Below, piece after piece: positions 1 to 11,959 of a stretch of 64,000 bases of DNA; positions within the stretch are counted from its first letter, which is position 1, and every line of letters begins with the position of its first letter. Origin of the DNA: Neoechinorhynchus agilis (Eukaryota; Animalia; Acanthocephala); the NCBI GenBank assembly GCA_051530055.1, contig CM121342.1:2762797-2826796 (forward strand), given 5' to 3'. Under the pieces are notes generated by a model. The model did no database searches, was not told the origin of the DNA, and saw only the letters and a program-made list of their open reading frames with translations. The translations under genes were made by a program, and so were the position numbers.

Positions 1-1513
1 AGAGAAATCAATTGTTACTCTAGACGACATTTCACCAATTGACACAGTGGTCTATAGGAGAAGATCGGAGCCGCATAAATCCACATCGTGCCAACAACTG
101 GACTACACAGTTAAAAGAATCGCTCATAAAAATGCGGACATTTTTAAGACCATCAGTTGGAATTATTATTTGAAGGCAAAGTATGGATTTGTTGAAGGCT
201 CCTTTGGCAAGAAAAGTTCGAGCAAAAGAAAAGGAAGTACTGTGGAAGATAGAGAAATGCCGCCGGATATGAATGAGCCAATTGAAAATGTTAAAGATGA
301 ATCGATTTGTGAAGGATTTTGTACTCAAAAATCTAATGGAAATACAAAGAAACAACAAGAAATCACGGTAACATCATCGGAAAAAGTGGAACAAAAAGAC
401 TTGCTTAAAAACATTAGTGAGAAAGTTCTTGGTAAAGGTAATCGAACTAAAAGCTCTGCAAAAAATTGCAAGGTAGCGTCTTCGAATCAATATAATTCAA
501 TTGGAACAATCGATGAAAAATCTACAAATGAAAGTTCTGAGCCAGATGCAACCAATAGAAATTTTCGAATACCGTCCATGGAACAAAACGACTCAATTCA
601 AAACACCGATGAAATATCTCCAAGTAAAACTATTAAGCAACAAAAATCGCCTACAATAAAAAGAAGGAAAAATACGTTAAATACAGGAAAGTCCCCAGTG
701 TTAACAGAGCAAAAGGAATCAGTAAAATCGATTCGACAAGAATGTCGTATTGAAATTAACAAGCTTCAAACGTTAGAAAGAAAGCGATCGTTGCAGCTCG
801 ATAACTTAGAAACATCAATCGAAGAAAGGAAACGAATCCGATCAAATGAAAAGATAGACGAAAAAGTTTATGATGGAATTCGCCAGCTGAAAAAATCTAA
901 GAAAATGATGCAGTCTGGCGGAAACGAACTATTCCTTGAACATACAAAACAAAATAAGAAATTTCGGTCACTTATAAAAGACACTGAAGCTCAAGGGATT
1001 TCATGCAGGGCAAAAGCTGAACCAATGAGCATTGAAGTCTCCAATGAAGGAATGAAGAAAAGACGTTCAATGAAAGATAGCAAAAAACAAGTGTCCGATT
1101 CAACATTTGCAGTTGCAAATGAACAAGTGGAAGTGAACAATGAAATAAAGGAAACAAAAGACAAATCTTTGAGTGAGAGCTATCAACCTCGAACGTCTCC
1201 TGAAAAGCGAAAATTAAAGGTCGAATGCTTAGAGATATCGTCAAAAAAGAGGAACTTTAAACCTTCTATTCAAATGATTCGCCAAGGGTTTCATAATGGG
1301 CTTGAATCCTCAATGAAGATGCAAGCACTGAATGACAGTTTTGAATTGTCACGAGAACAAATGGAGAGAAGGATTCAAGACGATTCACAGTATGAAAGCT
1401 CATTATTAAGAAAACGACCAGCCCCGGTTTTTAAAAGTGGAGTATCAAATTCTAAAGTTATTAAGAAAGACGAACAGGAAACGAGATCCCAGTTCGCAGA
1501 GTTTTCAAAGTAA
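1..1513 (+). CDS. Lys/Ser/Glu-rich low-complexity protein, copy 1 (5'-truncated by window edge; large exon, probably spliced onward)
   Basis: Long open frame from the window edge, matching the 527-aa ORFs at 21364-22947 and 33380-34963. The ORF end overlaps a donor-like aaa|gtaagg at 1510, and small exon-like blocks follow to about 2260. No recognisable domain. Confidence 0.6.
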   Translation, partial: EKSIVTLDDISPIDTVVYRRRSEPHKSTSCQQLDYTVKRIAHKNADIFKTISWNYYLKAKYGFVEGSFGKKSSSKRKGSTVEDREMPPDMNEPIENVKDESICEGFCTQKSNGNTKKQQEITVTSSEKVEQKDLLKNISEKVLGKGNRTKSSAKNCKVASSNQYNSIGTIDEKSTNESSEPDATNRNFRIPSMEQNDSIQNTDEISPSKTIKQQKSPTIKRRKNTLNTGKSPVLTEQKESVKSIRQECRIEINKLQTLERKRSLQLDNLETSIEERKRIRSNEKIDEKVYDGIRQLKKSKKMMQSGGNELFLEHTKQNKKFRSLIKDTEAQGISCRAKAEPMSIEVSNEGMKKRRSMKDSKKQVSDSTFAVANEQVEVNNEIKETKDKSLSESYQPRTSPEKRKLKVECLEISSKKRNFKPSIQMIRQGFHNGLESSMKMQALNDSFELSREQMERRIQDDSQYESSLLRKRPAPVFKSGVSNSKVIKKDEQETRSQFAEFSK

Positions 1514-1659
1514 GGATTCTTTAAATTACAATGAAGATTCCAGCGCATTCAATTCGTCGGTCTCAGTGAAGCATCAGATCGCTGCAGAGAAAAAAATCTT
1601 AATGATCTCAGTGCGTATTCTTATTTAAAATGAGAATAAGAGAATTGTAGGACCGAATT

Positions 1660-1870
1660 TTTTTTAAGATTTTTAAGTATTGTTTTTGTAAACAATCTTT
1701 TTTTATTTTGGGATCTGTTTAGTGGGTGGGCGGTTGGGATATTCTACAACGACCACGTGAAACCAAAATAATTTCTTGAGCTTTTCTCAAATGCTTTGAA
1801 AAAATATTTCAACTAATCATGATTCTTATTGAAAATGGGAATAAGCGAGTTGTCGGATTTGAAAGCTTAG
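1660..1870. repeat. Dispersed ~200-bp AT-rich repeat (MITE-like), related to 8215-8410 and 8460-8575
   Basis: Shared blocks across copies, such as tattgtttttgt..caatc, gggat..tt..aacgacc...aaaccaa and cttttctcaaatgct. No TIR or TSD was identified. Confidence 0.55.
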
Positions 1871-2475
1871 ATGCTACTTTTCATCCAATAGACGTTGCTA
1901 GTTAAAATTCATATTTAGATAAGATAAATTATGTTCAACGGAGGTAAGTTCACTTTTTGGCTCATCATATAATGTAGAATGCTATTTAAAACCTACTTTT
2001 TCATGGTCAATAAGAGTTATACTACAGTCAGTTAACCCAAAATGGTGATCCTTTCAAGAAGGAAATCATCTGAATGGACATGAGGACCTTCAAGCCTTTT
2101 TAACATTTTCTATTCTTTACGAAATAATATGTGAAAGTTCAACGACTTCTTGGGAAGTAATATCAGTGATTTGTTGCCTATATCGTTAATAAGAAGTTTG
2201 AAGAACGTCGAAACAGAAAGCAAATGAAAATGATAAAGCACTGCTTTGGTCGATGAACTTGTACATTTACAATTTAATATTTATTTTGCAATTAAAAGCT
2301 TAGCAAAATAAAAGTAATAAATTTTTTCGTTTGTTTGCTTTCGGTTTGGGAACAAATTCGGAGGAAAAGAAAAATTGATACTTTTCGATCAATTCATACT
2401 AAAAATGTCTGTATGTTAAGTACCGGGAAATGTGATTGAAATTATTGTTTAGGTCTACACCCGGCAAATGATTAT

Positions 2476-2523
2476 TTATTAAAGACGTTTCGAACCTCGT
2501 CGGATTCATCATCAGCTCTAAAA
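2476..2523 (-). ncRNA. Minimal type-I hammerhead ribozyme-like motif, family A
   Basis: Minus strand reads gag-CUGAUGA-u-GAAUC-cgacga-GGUUC-GAAA-C-GUC-uuu. The catalytic core, a 5-bp helix II, palindromic ACGU helix III and a GUC triplet are present; helix I is weak (gag/uuu). Confidence 0.65.
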
Positions 2524-2590
2524 TATAAGTGATCCTTAAAAATATAAACTTTCCTTTATTTATTTGCGATACTTATTTTTTGTCTCACGA

Positions 2591-5449
2591 ATGGCGGCTC
2601 GAAAAACACTAAGATTGAATTTTTAGTTATTACAAAAAGCAATATTAAAAAGCACAAAAGCTCTCAAAAAAGTGTGGTCATGGAAACAAACTCTCAATTA
2701 TTCAATTAAAAAGCGATTTCATCAGGCTAAAAGAGTTTATGTCTGATGGCAAATTAAATTTGGGGTAAAATATTAGTGCCCAATGCCTGTTATGATCCAT
2801 AATTATCCAGACCGGTCAATGCTGGGAGTTCAAATTCACTTTATGATGATTTATGGCCGCCGAATATCGTTGATGCAATTAATAAGTTTGATCCAAAAAA
2901 GCCAAGAACTTTGTCACATTCATTATCAATGATTACACAACGCAAAAGCTCGATATTTGGTTGTAGTTCGGCCGATTTACGATTGTTGTTTCAATTCCAA
3001 ATTTTTTAGAACCTCGTTTTCCATCTCAATACAACAAAAATGCAACATTAGTCTATTTCAAGGCTGCCTTAGAGTTAAAGGTTGTTGCTTACGGACACAT
3101 TGCGGATCAATTAGAATCTGGAGGCAGTAAAATGGATGCGGATAATTGCATTTTAGGTGATAACGGATTCTTGGCAATGTGTATAGCGCTAATGGTTTTC
3201 TTTTGAAAAATCACAGCATTGTCGAATTCGTTAAATTTGTTTTTAGGTCGATTCTACTTGTGAGCACCTAACTGTTAGGAATAACTGCCTAGAGATCAAA
3301 TCAGTAGGATACATTGTCGATCTTATTAAATACGGATCGCAATTTTCGACCATTGTGAGTTTTCCGGAAAATATCATTTACAGGAACGCGAGAATAGGAC
3401 ATTTCTCACAATTGTGGAATTGGAGACGATGGAATACGACTTCTAGTAGATTCTTTGATCGCGGGATTTAAAAGCATTACGTCTCTTTGTATTGCAAGTA
3501 AAGTTCAAAATCCGAACTTAATATTTAAGCAATGACCTTCCTTAGATGTAGGAATGACAATAAAATCAGAGAAAGTCATTATAAATTTGTTAAAGGTAAC
3601 AGTGAAATAAAAATTTAATTTTTCAAGCAAAAGGCTGTAAACATTTTATATCTGAAACGATGAATAAAAAATACGTATTTGAACCGAGCAGGATTTTGGT
3701 TGTGTTATTTGTTCTAGAATCAAGAACCATATCTTTTTATTGTCCCAAGTACAATTCCAGTTTAAGCTCTTTAAAATGCACCAAAACTCGTTTACTGAAA
3801 TTAAACGATCTGGAATCATTGATGTTTTCCAAAAAAAAGCCCATGAATCCTGCTTAACGAAAAAAATTAAGCTTTTTTCAAAATAAGTTTATTTTTATTC
3901 CATTAATCTTTCTCTCAATTTACTGTTCATTCGATAGCAACTAGACAATCTTGCAGAGCTCAATATCAGTTACAACTCCGTTTCACCGGTCGCGATGAAT
4001 TCCATTGCTCGTCATATAGGTACTGAAATATTTTACTTCTTCGAAGAATTTCAGTGCAATTAGGATCAGAGAACTGCAATCTCCGATTGCTCGATGTATC
4101 TTCGTGTGGTTTGAACACTCGAGGACTTGGTAGTTTACTTCGCGAAATTCGGAACGCGAGAACCCTTGAGGTGCTAAACTTAAGTTACAATTGGATTGAA
4201 AGTAATGAGATGATGATTCTCGCAAAATCGATGTCTTTGAACAAATCCTTGATTGAATTGAATCTGACGGGATGCTCGATAATGTGGGGTGGAGCCACCA
4301 TATTCGCAGCCGATTTTTATCCAAATTCTACTTTGAAGAAATTAAAGGTATTGTAATTTACGTCCACTTCCCGCTCACCATATTCAGTTTGGACTTAATC
4401 CAATCGGAACCCTTGGTGTTACGTTGATTGCGATGGGTTTGGCGAATCAAAAATGCGAGGTTAATTATTTAGATATGACCGGACAAATAGCGGACGAGTG
4501 TTTCATCGGTCTCATTTCTTATATCAACAATCATCTTCGACCTATTAAAGTCTATTATGAATACGAAGCTGCACAGACTTCACAAGCATTCAAGTATCGT
4601 GAGTATTTGCAAATGTGCTTCATCCTTATTTTAAAAGCTCTTTACAAACTGAAACAAAACCTTTACAATAAAAGAATTTACGGTCGCTTAAAAGAGAAAA
4701 AATAAATTAGACGCGAAAATTTATGTATTAAACAAAAAGTAATTATCTATGTTTTAAGCAATGGTCAAAATAAACTTTGGTCGGGATCCTAGAATATTGT
4801 TTACTAACAAAAATTAGCATAACGTATTCCTTTTTGATAAGCGCGATATTTTTTTCAATTAGATTGCCATAAAAAGTTTTTAATGATTTTTAATCCCCAT
4901 GTTAAAACATTATTGTGTTCTTTTTAAGGTAAATTCACAGTAACTTCAATTCGCTCTCTTTAGTACCTCGTAATACCTTTTTGGACACCATTGACCTTCG
5001 ACTACTTACTCAACATGCGCTGGAAATACTGTTCATTCAGTGGCCAATGAAAACGTTGTTAAGATATTGCCATTTACTGAATTTCGACATTACCAAAGCA
5101 TTCTCAGTGCACGATAAAAACAATGATGCGACTGTTTATGTAGAAGACATTAAACTTATTCTTATGGTATTTAATATCTTTGTGCAAATTTAAGTAATTT
5201 TGTTTTTATTAAGTCGATGAAAATTCCCCTGACCGGAAGGATGAGAACTGCCATTAGAGATCACATGAAGGCTCATTGCAAAGATGGCGCTTTTGATTAT
5301 AGGTACGTAAGGTTTTATTAAAAATAATTATTGTATATTTATACCATCAAAGTCCTCTTATTGTGGAACCTGACCCGAACCGTAAAATCATGATGCCAAT
5401 TTCAGAACACACAGATAAAGAAAATGGCAAAAACAAAAAGAAAAGATAA
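2591..5449 (+). CDS. LRRC74-like RNI-type leucine-rich repeat protein with C-terminal EF-hand-like segment (multi-exon), copy 1
   Basis: Exons read YFKAALELKVVAYGHIADQL..DNCILGDNGFLAMCIAL, HLTVRNNCL, DISHNCGIGDDGIRLL, LDVSSCGL..LNLSYNWI..LNLTGCSI and FSVHDKNNDATVYVED, separated by short GT-AG introns. This resembles the LRRC74A/B layout as recalled. The start codon is uncertain. Confidence 0.7.
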
Positions 5450-5767
5450 TTGCGGTTGATTTTCTATATAAAATTGTTTGCTTTAAATTTGCAATGGCCA
5501 CGTTATTTATGAGAAATAAGGTTACCAAATTAAAAAGCTTCATTTTATTTATTCGCTTTGTCCCAACCTCTACAAACAAAAAGCGGAAATTGATTTTAGA
5601 GTAAAGGAATATAGAAAAAGCAACGCAGCGAAAATTCATCATTGTTTGGCTTTCAATCCAAACAAATAAATACCAATGATGATTTTTAATGCGATTTTAA
5701 TGAGACTTTTAGTTGCAAGAGGCGTTCTAAGTCACTCTTTTCCTTTCGGTAAGGTTTAGAATTAAAA

Positions 5768-6252
5768 ATGAAATCAATTCGTTATCCGGACACTATGCTC
5801 AAATGTAGAATACTTTTCAGGCAAAACTGTTTACAAATGGTCTAACTCGAAAAAAAGTTGTTGGTATTTTTTTACAAGATTTGAATGCTCATCCTATCAA
5901 AAAGTTTGAGGAGTTCTGTGAAACGAGTACTTAAAATCAAAGCCGTATTATCGTATGAAATGAATTCACGATTGACCGAAGTTGGTAGGTAAAATCCAGT
6001 TTGTAAACTGCGGAGAATTGACTCAAGAACTTGTTTGTGATAACTTCTTTTCGCAGAGTTGACCGTTTAGGAAGATACCCATTAGAAAGATCGGAAATAA
6101 GCATTATGACCTTACAAAGGCATCAATGCTCGTTAGAAGCCCAAAATAAGGTCCAATATCAACTAAAAAAATTTTTTGCAAGAGTGACAGTGATCAAACT
6201 TCACAAAATCGAAGCCCTTGAAAACAAATCATGGAAAATCAAAACGAAGTGA
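5768..6252 (+). CDS. Possible small multi-exon gene of unknown function
   Basis: Acceptor ttttcgcag followed by an open frame RVDRLGRYPLERSEIS... to a stop at 6252. No homology recognised. Confidence 0.25.
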
Positions 6253-6502
6253 AATTTTATTTGACGACATTCAAAACAACAACCTTAAGGTATAACGTTC
6301 AATCAAACAACAAGGCAATTGTTTTCGTATCGGAGAGTATAAATACAATTCACTCATTCACTCAAGATAGTTCGAACATAGACTCGTTCAATCATCTACT
6401 AGATTTCCGTCGATTGTACTGATCGATTCGATGAACATTTATGTTCTATTCCATTTTTATTAGTTTACATTAAATTAATCTTAAATCCGGCTTTTCATTT
6501 AG

Positions 6503-7602
6503 ATGCCGCATTCAAGGAAAAGTTCCACTCGTTCTCATGATGATGAATCGGACCTGGGAAACAGCAATCAATGGTTCGAAGGAAATTCATCGGAAACCAA
6601 TACAGAATCGATTGCTCCCGTTCAGAAAAAATGTCGACGAATTAACCCATGGGGACCATACACATACGCTGATCTAATTACGAACGCAATTATTAGCAGT
6701 CCAGACAAAAAGTTAACACTCAGAGAAATTTATTCCTGGTTGGAGGAGAATATTCCTTATTTTAGGGATCACACGGGCATTGTAGAAAGCAGGCGTTGGA
6801 AGGTAAGCTTCCTATTACTTGACAACTGAATAGTCACCGAAATCGTATTTAGAATGCAGTAAGGCATAATCTCACGCAACACAAAAAATTCTTTAAAATA
6901 GAGCAATATAACAATCCGAAAAAATCGTTGTGGACAATTATCCCGAATTGTGTGGAACCAGAAAGCCAAAGACCATATCGGAAACGGGAAAATTCGAGTT
7001 CAATGACCGAAAGCCAAAATGAGCGAACCCGATTCTCAAATTTAACGAGAGGTCAAGACAGTGCAACACACCAAGAATTTAACCGGACGGCGGAAAATAT
7101 AAACGCATCTTATTTGGGCCAAGGATTCTGGAATAACAGTACCAATATTGGAAATCCAAACCAACCGTTGGGGTTTGGGAATGTGGCATCCAATGGATAT
7201 TTCCAGAATGAAAATTTGAACTTGGCGAACAATCATCAGATGACCGGTTTTGACGCTTTTTCAACGCAGCAAAATAGCGCAACTGTTGAAAACATGAATT
7301 TTGGAGGAAATTTTAACAATGGCAATACCGCGATTCACCAAAACGGAATAAATATTCAAACTAATCAACGAGCCTACAATACAAACCCAGCTAGCCAAAT
7401 ATTCTGTCAAATCAATATTTGCATTGATCCGAACCACTCACACGAAATGTCACAGTTCCTCCTTTTGCCTTTTTGTCAGCGATGCGGCGAAATAAGAGCC
7501 TTAAACTCAGGAGTAGTGATTTCACAGCAGCAAGCGATGGCTGCTCTCCGCAACTACAACATTAACCAACAAAATTACAATCGATTTAATCCGACCGAAT
7601 AA
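6503..7602 (+). CDS. Divergent FOXO-like forkhead transcription factor, copy 1 (exons 6503-6802 and 6853-7602, ~349 aa)
   Basis: The spliced forkhead domain reads [42 protein letters not shown]|[17 protein letters not shown] 50-nt GT-AG intron sits at the WK|N position typical of FOXO genes, and RKRENS fits the Akt RxRxxS consensus after the domain. Confidence 0.85.
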
Positions 7603-8214
7603 GTGTCGGCGAACGGCAATCGTGATGCTCAACCGAAGAGAGCATCAAAACACCGAAGCTCAACTCTTAAAAATAATATCAATATTTCGTTAATCATAGC
7701 TACCTAATCTAGCAAAAAAATTTGTGATTAGAAATTTGAAGGGATTATGTTTCACAAGGAAATATTCGATGGTTTTAGAAGCCAGTGAATCCTTACCGAT
7801 GCCTTTAATTTAGTTGTTAGACACGAATAAGTACTGAAATTTTTCACCTTTTAAAAAAGTCATCGGCGAGGAGGACAAATTTAGTTTTTGTTATTATGAG
7901 ATTATGAAGCCTCATTTTGCCCGTTATTAAGTACTTCGGGGTTTTTCAGCTGACAAAATGTAATCTTGGATATCTGCATAACTCTGTTATATGGCAGGTT
8001 CAATCGAGTAACATTTGCCCACGAATCGAAGATTTTATGACGAATTATTTCCTTCTTGTTAGAATTGTAAAATTCAAGCGTTGAGCGATTCTACAGTGTA
8101 CAATAAATTTCTTCAAATTTTCGAATTGAAGTGGCTTTTTGGACAATTCGTTTAAATCTCATCGGAGCGATTCTTATTTTCTAAAGTTAAATTATTTTAT
8201 TTGAGACAATTTCT

Positions 8215-8575
8215 TCACTTGATTTTTCAGTATTGTTTTTGTAAGCAATCCCTTATTAAATATGAGGATTCGTTGAGGGGCGGGCGGGTGAAATATTTTA
8301 CAACGACCCCGCAAAACCAACATAATTTACTGATCTTTTCTCAAATGCTCAGAAAAATAGTTATATAGTGATTCTTGTTTAAAATGCGAATCAGAGAATT
8401 ATCAGATTTTATTGTTAAGGCGCTGTGTAAAAAATAGAATTTTGGCATTATCGAAATTGTGGAAAATTTTTAAATATTGTTTTTGTTAACAATCCTTATA
8501 AAATTCGGGGATTCGTTGATTGTCAGGCGGATGGGATATTTACCAACGACCCAATGAAACCAAAATTAATCTAAG
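8215..8575. repeat. Two tandem diverged copies of the dispersed ~200-bp repeat
   Basis: Aligns by eye with 1660-1870 and with its own second unit at 8460-8575. Confidence 0.55.
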
Positions 8576-8779
8576 AAACAGTGTTTTTGATGTAGAAATT
8601 TAACGGATTGTGAACTACAAAATTACATACATAATATTTCGTCAATGTTAAGCTTTCTTGAAGCAAATCTCGTGCGTAAATTTACGGCGAACATTGAATA
8701 CATCTAAACAATCTCAAGTGCACGTATCACTCATAAAAAAGTTATCTACTATTTGCTTTCCATTTTGACAAAGACGGCA

Positions 8780-8998
8780 ATGCGAATAACTCATTTACTG
8801 CTCATGATTTTAATCGCGATCGTCATTTGTGAAAAAATTGGTGTTCAGCAAATAGCTACTTTATCACAATCAAGTGGACTTTCACCTGAGGATGAAGATC
8901 TCAGACAGATTGGAGTTGTTGATATTCAAGAGGAACCGTCAGAAGATGATATCCCGTTACTACTATTTTTGAGATTGCCGATGAGGAATATCGTATGA
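8780..8998 (+). CDS. Small secreted protein or peptide precursor candidate, copy 1
   Basis: The ATG at 8780 gives MRITHLLLMILIAIVICEK (signal-peptide-like hydrophobic stretch) followed by an acidic region. A possible donor gtatga lies near the end. Confidence 0.45.
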   Translation: MRITHLLLMILIAIVICEKIGVQQIATLSQSSGLSPEDEDLRQIGVVDIQEEPSEDDIPLLLFLRLPMRNIV

Positions 8999-9796
8999 GT
9001 AATATTGCTGCATGGCGAAGAACAACTATGTTGCTATACATTATTCTGCCTTTCTTTTTTGCATTTTTCAGATAATAATACCACGTTTATTTCTTAATCC
9101 AAAAAGAATAGGACAAATGTACTTTTGGGTCATTATCAATACTCGATTTCTGATAGGTTAAATCAATGTTGATTATGGAGTGGATCACGGGTTCGGTTGA
9201 GTGAGAACTGGTGGTTATTCCTGTGAGGTTGTATCATTTCCATTGATGGTATGGAAAAATGAGGGAGGGAAGAGTTTGGGGGAGGATGATTGTTTTTCTC
9301 ATGTGAAAAGGGAACGACTTTAGGGTTCCTGTTTTGAGAGGTACTCATCCTACGCCGATGAAAAGTAACGAATTATTCGTGTTAATTGTTGAGTTTCGCG
9401 AATAAACACAAATTCCGATGTTTTCCCGTTGATTAACGGACAAGTTCTGCTTTCTACATTGAACTGAGATCGAAGAATATAAGCACAATAAAGTGAAAAG
9501 ATTCAGTTCTAAAAAAGGGGGTGTTGTTCTTAAACCGAATTTCTCCCGATTCTCAGTTCAGTGACGACTTTTTGATTATTAAATCAATCAGCATAATGCA
9601 AGGAAAGTTGTTTGACGCCATAATATGAATATTATTTCATTAAGGTGAAATCGATGATCCACAAGCGAATATGGGATCTTAAAAACGTATTTTCTTTTAA
9701 AATGAAATCTTGGCAAAATATTTGCTCGCATCTAATCGAAATCTTAGCACGCGGGTCTTAATTAAGCAATCGAATGAAAATCGTTTAAAAAAAGTA

Positions 9797-10360
9797 TCAA
9801 TCAACATCCATTGGTTCCGTAGTGTCAACTTGCATCTCATCCATTTCTTCGTCGCTCGAAATGTGAACTTCGTCTTCAAGACAATAAATAGTTCCTTGTT
9901 CTTGGCATGCTTTCCCTAAATTCTTATTTTACAGAGTGCAAGCCAATAAAATCCTCACAAACTGCAAGTCGCTTTGAGAAATATTTTCCTTTCACGTGTG
10001 CCAAAATTTGATCATTCCTATTGGCTACGTACCGACCAGTCAAAATGCAATAAACCTTCTTGCCGTTGTCTTCCTTGCATGGCATAAAGTTTTCTATAAG
10101 TTTCAAAGTTTCAGAATCAAAGTCTTGATTACGTTCCTTTAGTCGTTGGTATCGCCGTCCTTTAACGTAAGACTCAATCGGCACCGGTGAATCGATTGGA
10201 AGTTCATGATTTGTCCATTTGCATATAATCTTAATTGATTAGTTATTAATAGTAAAATCAAATTAACTTGGACTTCATTTACCCGATTCTTTTCTTTAGA
10301 ATACTCCAGTGATGGATATTGGCTAAGTAGCGTTCGCACTTCTGAAGATAAACACTCCAT
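9797..10360 (-). CDS. SURF2: Surfeit locus protein 2 homolog (3 exons)
   Basis: ICKWTNHELP..IESYVKGRRYQRL..VYCILTGRYVANRNDQILAHVKGKYFSKRL matches the SURF2 pattern RCxLTGHELP..YTRGKKYQRL..FCKLT. It has an acidic tail and short GT-AG introns. Confidence 0.8.
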
Positions 10361-10759
10361 TGTTTTTTAAATCGGTAGAAATCTGAATAGAACACCTGAA
10401 AAAATTCAACTTTCGCCGATATTTCGGAATTCAGAAAAATTAAATTCTTTGAAATAGTCCCAAAACATCTAAGGTTGAGGTGTAACTTCACGAGAGAATC
10501 TGTCTTTGTGATGACTGTACACAAACCTACATCCCACGGAATCCGCTATTTTCCTCTAGTTTCTAGCTCTTCCAAGAGCAAGTCAACAGTTTCATTTTTT
10601 TCTTAGTTTTGCCGAGCTCCGGATTCCTTGATTTATTTCTCCGACATTTCACTTGTCGGATCGGCATTTCCTCAAGGTTTGTTATTGTTTATAAGTTATT
10701 GGCAAAACTAAGAAGAGGAAAGTATCTCCTCCCGAAGAAAGACATGTTCATTTGTTTAG

Positions 10760-11446
10760 ATGTTCAACCTTGAAGAATCCGACACGAAGATGGAGACCCA
10801 CTCAAATCTTCCTGCGATCACCACTCTCGCGGTTCTTGGTTCAGGGGGCCACACAACCGAAATGCTTCGTCTCTTGGCGGCTCTCACTCGTCCGGAACAC
10901 CCGGTCATCAACAGCGTTCATTACATCGTTGCATCATCGGACAAACGAACTTTGCGAATGCTCGACGAATACCGGGACGAGGGATGTATTCCAAAGAATA
11001 TGAGACCGATCCATCAGATTCCACGAACACGGAACGTTCACCAATTCATTCTACATCCTCGCGTCCTCATTGCTTTTATCCATGCGTTTGTTCAATCCAT
11101 GTTTATTTTAACGTCCGAAGCTATAATCCTTTTCTTCTTCCCTTCATAGGATTATCGCTTCCTTGTACTTGCCACGAGACCTCGTCTTCTTCTTGTAAAT
11201 GGGCCAGGAACATGCGTCCCGGTTGTACTGGCCGCTGTGATTGTCAAATACTTTAGTTGGCTCACATTCCATCCAAAGCTCAGCCATTCTCAAGGACTAA
11301 ATATTGTCTACGTTGAAAGTGTTTGCAGAGTGAAGACGCTCTCATTAAGTGCTAAAATGGTTCGACCGTTTGTAGACCACTTGCTCGTACAATGGCCCGA
11401 ACTTTCGACCGAAAAAGGCATCAATTATATCGGACGATTGGTTTAG
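10760..11446 (+). CDS. ALG14: UDP-N-acetylglucosamine transferase subunit ALG14 (2 exons, intron ~11090-11149)
   Basis: Motifs LGSGGHTTEMLRLL, QIPRTRNVHQ, LLLVNGPGTCVPV, VYVESVCRVKTLSLSAK and VQWPEL. Confidence 0.93.
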
Positions 11447-11959
11447 GAATCGATACATTCCAAAATTAATGACTAGAAGATAACCTCGAACTTTAACGAG
11501 TTGGTTGGTATTTGCATAAATTCAGGATTTTCTTGAGTGGCTACGCGGCTGAATTATTTTGGCACATCGTCTACCGATCTAGGCCAGGGAAGCGCTGGTC
11601 TACGCTCATTGCTCATAACTAAACGGTTATGAGTTTGTACATTCCTCCGGATCTTCTGGCGGGACTCATCAGTGAATTTCCTACCCCCTTCATGGAGGTA
11701 TTTCGTACCCTTTGATGGTGAGTCAATGGCGATCGTGGATTTGAACATTTTGACACAGGGAGCTCTAGTCCAATAGACCACCTCATTGTTAATCTCGTTG
11801 TTGAAAAGAAAGCGTCGGGTTCAATCTTTCCTCGTGGGTTTTTGTAAATTTATGCACAACCTACACTAATCTCCTATTGAGAGTTTATTCAATATTTTCG
11901 AATAATTATTATTTTTTTGGGGGAAATAATTTTTATGAAAGTTATTTTAAAGTTACATG

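Larger units (their letters stand above)
1..8968. repeat. Left arm of large inverted segmental duplication (open at window start)
   Basis: ORFs map as mirror images: 6503-6829/16053-16379, 6928-7602/15280-15954 and 3660/19222 all sum to 22882. Identity stops after ...gttactactattt at 8968, which mirrors 13914. Confidence 0.95.

Noticed and set aside
32-358. Antisense and alternate-frame ORFs over real exons and TEs (e.g. 32-358, 972-1244, 7042-7282, 40136-40621, 43429-43845, 52618-53406)
   Set aside because: These are shadows of sense coding sequence or of duplicated DNA, with no motifs of their own.
9130-9360. Purine-rich stretch and 61-aa ORF in the palindrome spacer
   Set aside because: No recognisable protein or TE motif in any frame I read.
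11641-11675. Minus-strand CUGAUGA-GUCC... resembling a hammerhead
   Set aside because: Helix II would close G-G (GGAG) and is followed by GAAU rather than GAAA; no helix I. Likely chance.
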